The position numbers and the translations under genes are program-made. From Octopus sinensis (lineage: Eukaryota), in NCBI RefSeq assembly GCF_006345805.1, contig NC_043015.1:6262001-6326000 (forward strand): 64,000 bases of DNA. Reading direction: 5' to 3'. Positions 56,752 to 64,000 of this stretch are shown in pieces; positions within the stretch are counted from its first letter, which is position 1, and every line of letters begins with the position of its first letter. The notes under the pieces are model-generated. The model was not told the DNA's origin. It searched no databases and worked only from the letters and a program-made list of their open reading frames with translations.

Positions 56752-57406
56752 TAGTTTATAAATGATCAGTTGTGCATATTTCTTTTTGTCATTCAGTTAG
56801 CAGCTGCTTTCGTGTTCGATCACTGATGCTAGAAACTTCACTGACCTTATGCCCAGATTATACATTATTGTCATCATTATTCGTATTGTTTCTATTAAAT
56901 TTCATGTTATCACTAGTTACGTTGATATTTATAATATATCACTAAATGAAACATCTGTGGTTCATGATATTTTTTTGTTATACTGCCTTTGCTCTGACGA
57001 AGCACGGCGTTTGTATATTCCATCAGATTTGATGTATGGTAAAGAGGAAGTTTTCGTGATGTTGTGTTATCTTAATGCTCTCTCTGCTTCTTGTTCAGTG
57101 AATGTCCGATGTAAATCATTTGGTTTGTAGAGGCGCTGCGTATGTATTGTGTGAGTGTTGTGTGGTGGAGGCGGATGGTTTTCTACAGGTTTAATGCTGT
57201 TGGAATGTGATGAATTATTGGGTAGTAAATGTGTAAAATCTAAGTCGTTATGGTTGGTGACGTATAGTATAGCAGGTAGTTTATATTCGAAAACGAATTA
57301 AAAGCAGCGCTCGCATTATAAATATTATTCACTGCACAAATTTAATGTATGTGTCTTGTTTTATCGCGGGTTTGCTGACGCATAACATGTGTAGGAGGCG
57401 GAAATG

Positions 57407-57920
57407 TTTCCCACGAGTGTTCCAGAACCTCGTTATGAACAGATTTGCATACAGCCAATCAGAGCTCAAGTACCAAACTACTTAATGAGCGCATTAAAAA
57501 AATGGGCGATAAAATAGAATCCCTTGGGTAAAGAATGACCATGCTTATTTTCTCTTTTAAGAATGCTTGTTCTTGTCTCGACTAAGGCTGCATCTGTGTA
57601 GTTATTTGTGTTGTTGTTTACTTTGTAACACAGTAAGAGGAAAGGATTGCTAGCACATCAGCCTCTACTCACATATTTCTCATTCCCATCTACATCTTCA
57701 ACATATGGGGCCCTAACAGATAATAGGTATAGATGCAAATCTGTCTAATTACGTATCTACTTCTAAAATTAGGCATAACTTGGCGATCTTACAACACCGT
57801 TCTTCGTCATGAGTTTCCTTGGCAGAGTGTATTTGTTAAATTGACAACAAGCTCAAGGTCAGCTCTGATTGGTTGTATGCAAATGAGTTCATTGCTGGGG
57901 TCCGAAAATCTCGTGGGAAA
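57407..57920. repeat. Inverted repeat arms containing octamer and CCAAT motifs
   Basis: ATTTGCATACAGCCAATCAGAGCT (57443-66) vs AGCTCTGATTGGTTGTATGCAAAT (57861-84); TTTCCCACGAG (57407-17) vs CTCGTGGGAAA (57910-20). Confidence 0.8.
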
Positions 57921-57967
57921 AAAGATTTCGCGTGCCGGACGGTTATATCATTACTATATGTGTGCGC

Positions 57968-58027
<60 letters not shown>

Positions 58028-58064
58028 TATATATATATATACATATATATATATACATATATAT

Positions 58065-58125
<61 letters not shown>

Positions 58126-58548
58126 ATATATACACAAACACACATTCACACACATTTGTATATATGTGTATGTATGTATAAAAGAGAAAATTTTCGGCGG
58201 GTTGATTTTTTGCAACATATATATTGTGAATTTCTCTCCGCAAATCCTATACAATAACGAGAGAATTTTCTTTTTTTTTTTGTTTCGTGTGCGTGTATAT
58301 ATATATGATATATCAAATACATTTCTCTATAACAAGAACGAAACAAACCTAGTTCACCAATGCAGCATTCTGTACCTTCTGTATTTGCTAACGTAATAAT
58401 GAAGAAAAAACTATGAACACGCACCTATCAAAAAGAAAATTAAACATACAGTATCACCTTATGAATCTTTGGATCTCAATAGAAAGCTTTGATTTTTCAT
58501 ATATTGTATCGATAATAAATCACAGTGGCGGATATCTTTTCTTTACAG

Positions 58549-58587
58549 GCAATTGACTTCAAAAGGGGAAAAAAACGGGTAGGTGGA
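58549..58587 (+). CDS. Candidate small exon AIDFKRGKKR(VGG), 30 or 39 nt via tandem donors
   Basis: GATATCTTTTCTTTACAG|; donors CGG|GTAGGT (58579) and GGA|GTAAGT (58588), both frame-preserving. Confidence 0.28.
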
Positions 58588-58951
58588 GTAAGTTAATTTG
58601 AAAGAGTTCAAACGGAAATTAAACATTCATGGCATGAACATATAAAACCACTGCATTAGGTATTATTCCTGCTCACTAAAAGATAGATGCCTTTCTTGGT
58701 GTGTCATGAACTCCAGCAAAAAAATTATGAGAAAAGGTTAACAAGTTATTGGAAGAATAATATACCTTGTTCTGATCAAGAAGCAGGAAAGACTTGAATC
58801 TATTTATCTGTTAGACCTCTTAGTCATAGAGTGTCCGTATTTACGTACAAAAGCACAGAGCTAAGTGTAGAAACACACACAACACTCCCCATACACATAT
58901 GCGTGTGAGCATATTCGACAGGCGGAAACTGACTGAAGCCCGACGTGTGTG

Positions 58952-58990
<39 letters not shown>

Positions 58991-59072
58991 CGCGCAAAAC
59001 TATCAGCATCATTTCATCAGTTTTATTTTGTCACACAGACATAGACATACTTATTTACATGACATTGATATA

Positions 59073-59118
<46 letters not shown>

Positions 59119-59632
59119 TCTGTGGGTGAGTGTATGGTGTATTTTTGTGTATGTGTGTACTCGCGCGCACGCGTATGAGTACCAACCGATGGTGGTGTGC
59201 TACGTTCCCGTACTCTAGCAGATATATAACCAGAAACCGAAACACTTTACCATAAATAAACCATAAATACCATAGATATACTAACTAAAATTATTCCATA
59301 CTTAAGCAACCGTTAGTTTTGACAGTGACTGAAACTTTGCCATGAGATAGATAAAGAGGTATGGGGTGAAATTAACCTTTAAATATTGTGCATCTCCTTG
59401 GTAAAAATGCTGTACTCTGTTGGCAACATAAGGTTTGTGAGTCGAAATATAGTTATTTTACGGAAAATATTCTGTAGTATGTATCGTGTGACACATCAAT
59501 CGAGTTTGCATTGCGTGACATAAAGGAATGAAAATTGTTTTGTAAATTGACATCACTCGACATGGGGGAAAATGTCATTTTAATATGTACCTCTTTTCAC
59601 CATTTATGTTTATACCAACATTTCGCTTACAG

Positions 59633-59638
59633 TCAAAG
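59633..59638 (+). CDS. Candidate 6-nt microexon TCAAAG
   Basis: ...CCAACATTTCGCTTACAG|TCAAAG|GTATGT with about 100 nt free of AG upstream. Confidence 0.4.
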
Positions 59639-59829
59639 GTATGTGGATATAATGTATTATATATATATATATATATATATTATGTGAAATAGAAAGATGA
59701 ATAATCTTGTAGTAGATTAATCAAAAGTTTAACCGATACCTTAGTAGCAAAAATCACAGCAGTAAACAGCACGGTTGGAGGTACAACCATCTGGCGTTGC
59801 AACCGTGCGTTGGTGCGGATAATTGAAAT

Positions 59830-59984
59830 TAAAACATTATTGGTGAATTGAAGAAATGGAGCTGAACGCAGATTGAACAGAAATCGTTTTATTTCATTCT
59901 ACACGTGTTTCGAAAGGCACAAATTACCAAAATCCGTTCAATCTGCGTTCAGCTCCATTTCTTCAATTCACCAATAATGTTTTA
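59830..59984. repeat. Perfect 49-bp inverted repeat with 57-nt spacer
   Basis: 59830-59878 is the exact reverse complement of 59936-59984 (checked base by base). Confidence 0.97.
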
Positions 59985-60715
59985 TATATATATATATATA
60001 TATATTAGAGTCCTTGTTGAGCGAGTTCTAAAGTTTCGCCTGACGGCTTATTCCGTCAGGGTAATGAGACATGCACATGCCATAAAACAAACGAAACACA
60101 TCATTGCCAACATTAAAAGACACAGTTATTTAGGCAGAGCTCTATATTTTGCACAGTGACTGAAATTAATGTTTTTTTTTTTTTTGTATGCGTGGTAGAC
60201 ATATCATTTAAAATCAAATTAGGGGATAAAAGGAAACTGATAGATTGAACGAAAAAAAAGGTGAGGAATGCCATTCCTTGTAAAAAACCAAACATCATAA
60301 CGATAAAAGTTAAATTCTGTTGAATGAATGCCTCGACCGAATAATGAATGTATCGACCAAATTATAGAAAGTTTTAAGGGAAATATTTCGTCATTTATAA
60401 AATCTTTGGGAATTCGAGGATTTCATCTAGTTGAAAGTTACAACCATGCATAGCTGAACGTACGTTTCATTAATGAAACGTACGTAAGGATTTTGGAACT
60501 GTAAGTATATCAGAATCCACGTGAAGCAATTAAAGCAATTACAGAATGGAAGAGAGTTTAGATAATCTGTATGTCACACAGACATACACATACTTATTTA
60601 CACGACATGTATATGTGTATATATATATATATATACTTATATATATTCATATTTGCATAGGAAGTCGCCGTGGATAAATGACAATGACTAGGTTACATAT
60701 AGTATATGTAGCAGA

Positions 60716-60926
60716 GACTCTTAAAGTCAGTCCAAATCTACCATAATAAACACATTGTACCGAATGCGAGGGAATGCAACTCTCTGAGCCAGCCTTTTGA
60801 AAACAGATTCAGCTGTAGAATGCACTTTTAAATCTTCAGTGCAAGGATAATCGGATGCTTCGAGAGTTGCATTCCCTCACGTTCGGTACAATGTCTCTAT
60901 TATGGTAGCTTTTAACTTTAAGAGTC
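60716..60926. repeat. Fold-back/MITE-like element, 47-bp arms (4 mismatches) plus outer 12-bp arms
   Basis: 60738-60784 vs 60862-60908; GACTCTTAAAGT (60716-27) vs ACTTTAAGAGTC (60915-26). Confidence 0.92.
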
Positions 60927-60996
60927 CCTCCTAGCGTGGGGCATTTATGTATAGTAATTCTCTTAATATATATGTGTTTGTATGTGTGTGTGTATG

Positions 60997-61048
<52 letters not shown>

Positions 61049-62430
61049 ATAATATATATATATATACATAGATATATGAATATATAACTACATATATATG
61101 TGTGGGGGTGTTTAATCATCAGGGTTTATATATACTTTCCTCTCAAATACGCGGGGTAACTGCGCATTCTAATCAGTATTGAAGAAATATTTGTGTACAC
61201 GCACACCTAGGTAGTTAAACACATATAGACATACGCACAGACAAATAGCACTTTCATATAAATTATCTTATTAATTATGCATTTGTTGATGGACTCTGTT
61301 CATCATGTAATTATCTGCCTATAAAACACCAAATCACATTATCAACAAGAATAATTTTCAAAACATCAAAATGACTTAGAAGATAATTTTCTTCGTTAGT
61401 AATAAAACATTAAATTTTAAAGGGAATCTGTAAAATAATATAACCTCTTCAGCGGCCCTTTGCATCTATGTGTATCCTCCTGATCATGATTATCCTCGTA
61501 ATCATCATCGTAGTCATCATCACCATCATCATCATCATCGTCATCATCACCATCATCATCAAACCCATTTTACAGATATTAGATCCGAGCACTGCTCACA
61601 GCATTTCTCTAGTAATTATTGCATAATTACTGGAATGATAAAAAATGTCAAGCCGACCTCTCTATCATTTCAACACATAACATAAAGAAATGTAATTAAT
61701 TCCTGCAAATCATAAACCCTTTATTTTATCTCCCCACATGGTTAGGTTAGATTGAGGCTCTTACTTCCTTTAATCTTGATTTACCGTAACTTCTATTTTG
61801 GGTTACAAACAGGCAATGTTTTTCAGATAAATCTGGTAATAAATTTATCTTCCAGCAAGTATCTAAATAATTTCTCATATGGTTAATTACTAAGTTTACT
61901 CTCTCTTTCTCACTTTCTACTTTTTTTATCTCTCTAGCATGACAGTTAGATAACACAATTCACATCCGCAGACGCACAAGCACACACAAACACACCCACG
62001 CAAACACACATATGTGTATACATACATACATACATACATAATACATACATACATAATACATACACATTTATATATATATGTATATATACACGCACGCTAA
62101 CACACACATGTATATATATATATCGAAATAAGCACCAAGGATATCCAGAGGTAATGCCGTACGATCGTTTCATGAAACTCCATTTTATTGAACAATGCAA
62201 TCATTACATCAATTTAAAAAGTAGAGCAATCTTCAGCTGCACAAAGAGATAGAATTTAATTAAAATATAACAGATGGACACATTAGTATAAATGTACCTA
62301 AAATTAAGGAGATAGATACGGAAAATGTTGTCTCTACTCAGCATGGAAGTAACTAAAGTTATCAGGATGACTATGCCAGATACTGATTTTAAATTATAGA
62401 CTAGTTTATCAAGCCCTTGTATATCTAAAG

Positions 62431-62517
<87 letters not shown>

Positions 62518-62545
62518 ATGCGTGTGTGTGTGCGTGTGTGTGCAT

Positions 62546-62583
<38 letters not shown>

Positions 62584-63337
62584 ATACATACATATACATA
62601 TGCATTTAAGCACACACATATATGCATAAATTCAATCATACCTACATACATGCATGCACACAAGTACACATATATCTATTTACGAGAATCATTAAAGATT
62701 CTTATAAAATTTTCTTCTCCAAAATTTAACCTCTATATATTTACACTTTCAGTTTAAATCCGTTGAGTGTGACTTGACTTTGCTCCATCAAATTTCAATA
62801 AAGTATTTTTGTGCCTGTCAAATTTTGATAGTGTTTGAAAGGTATGACACCGCACATAAATGAAACCAATAAAATACTAAAATATTTGGCAAACAGTCGA
62901 TAGATTTTCTGATCGATGCATTTTACTAGTTTTTGTTCTGTATTTATTTGAAAAATTCTTTGTAGATTTCCCCTCTGTATGCAATTTATGATATTTAACA
63001 AGAGATTTAGCACTTAAGTATGAAGTTTATATTACGTCGGTGAAATCATAAAACTCAGGGAGGTGTAGCACATATGCTGAGCAATGTTTAAAGATTTTGA
63101 ATTTACTTGGGCATATAAGTTATATTGGGGTAAATATTGCATTTTATTAACGTCAATCATGTGATTGTTGTTTGGGTAAGTAAAAAAGGACAAAAGCACC
63201 CGTGAATGTCCAAGGATATTTTGAAATAGGTTGTAATGATATATAGCTGTTAATAATACAAATAATATGTATCTATGTATGTATGTATGTATGTATGTAT
63301 ATGCATGTATGTATCTATGTATCGATATATATATGTA

Positions 63338-63409
<72 letters not shown>

Positions 63410-63652
63410 ATATATATATATACATATATATGTATGTGTGTGTATAAATATATATATATATATACATATTGGGAAAAACGATGGAAACACCTCGCATCAT
63501 AGCATCATAATATTGAAGTACCTATAAAAACGTGAAAAGCTTGTTTATTTTTTATGTTTTCTGGTATATTATTAGTATTGCTTAATATGTTTCGCTAAAA
63601 TTGTTGCTTCTTTTAAGATATCACCAGAAAAAGGTAATTAAAATGCATTAAA

Positions 63653-64000
63653 ATGACAGACCTATCGAACATATTTGATGTATCATGAAGTATTCTCTCG
63701 AAAATAATGACAGACTTTGAGAAACAGGAAAAAAACCCTCCTCACCGAAACAAAACTCCGGAAGAAAACCAGAACATTCAGATAGGGACCGTCTGACTGT
63801 CACGCGATTTGTTAGAAAGGATCACAAAAGTACAACTTTCAAAATTACTGCAGTACTTAATGACTACCTCGAAAAACTAGATTCGGCAAAAACTGTTCGT
63901 CGGGAACAATACAATGCACGATTTCAAAAATTAACATTGCATAGCGTTTAGAGTGGAGTAAAAACCTACAGAATTGCTCCCTAGAGCAATGGAAGAATGT
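63653..64000 (+). mobile_element. Tc1-type transposase remnant running off the window end
   Basis: KMTDLS...SKIMTDFEK, then SSPKQNSGRKPEHSDRDRLTVTRFVRKDHKSTTFKITAVLNDYLEKLDSAKTVRRE, then IA*RLEWSKNLQNCSLEQWKN: Tc1 HTH region with deletions and stops. Confidence 0.9.

Noticed and set aside
63618-63633. 16-nt exon-like site TTTTAAG|ATATCACCAGAAAAAG|GTAATT
   Set aside because: Lies just upstream of the Tc1 transposase start, probably within the transposon; shows that exon-like signals can be repeat-derived.

Overview
AT-rich eukaryotic DNA packed with microsatellites ((TA)n, (CA)n, (TACA)n, (TAGA)n, (TAA)n, (GAA)n). The repeat families look like those of an Octopus genome; this is inferred from my recall of the SINE and repeat sequences, not from a search. 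No complete recognisable protein-coding gene, rRNA, true tRNA or CRISPR array is present, and most ORFs in the supplied track are translated microsatellites. The clearly supported content is mobile DNA: several tRNA-derived SINE families (tandem, inverted, and with swapped head/tail modules), RTE LINE remnants, mariner and Tc1 transposase remnants, a non-autonomous Helitron, MITE/fold-back elements and Penelope-like termini. The most interesting signals are (1) two 35-nt minimal hammerhead-ribozyme folds whose palindromic stem III co-varies (AGCU vs ACGU), (2) long inverted repeats near 57.4-60.9 kb, (3) well-formed 6-nt and 9-nt microexon candidates and a phase-compatible set of small candidate exons suggesting the window lies in large introns of an unidentified gene, and (4) a recursive-splice-like site. 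All exon calls are unverified candidates.
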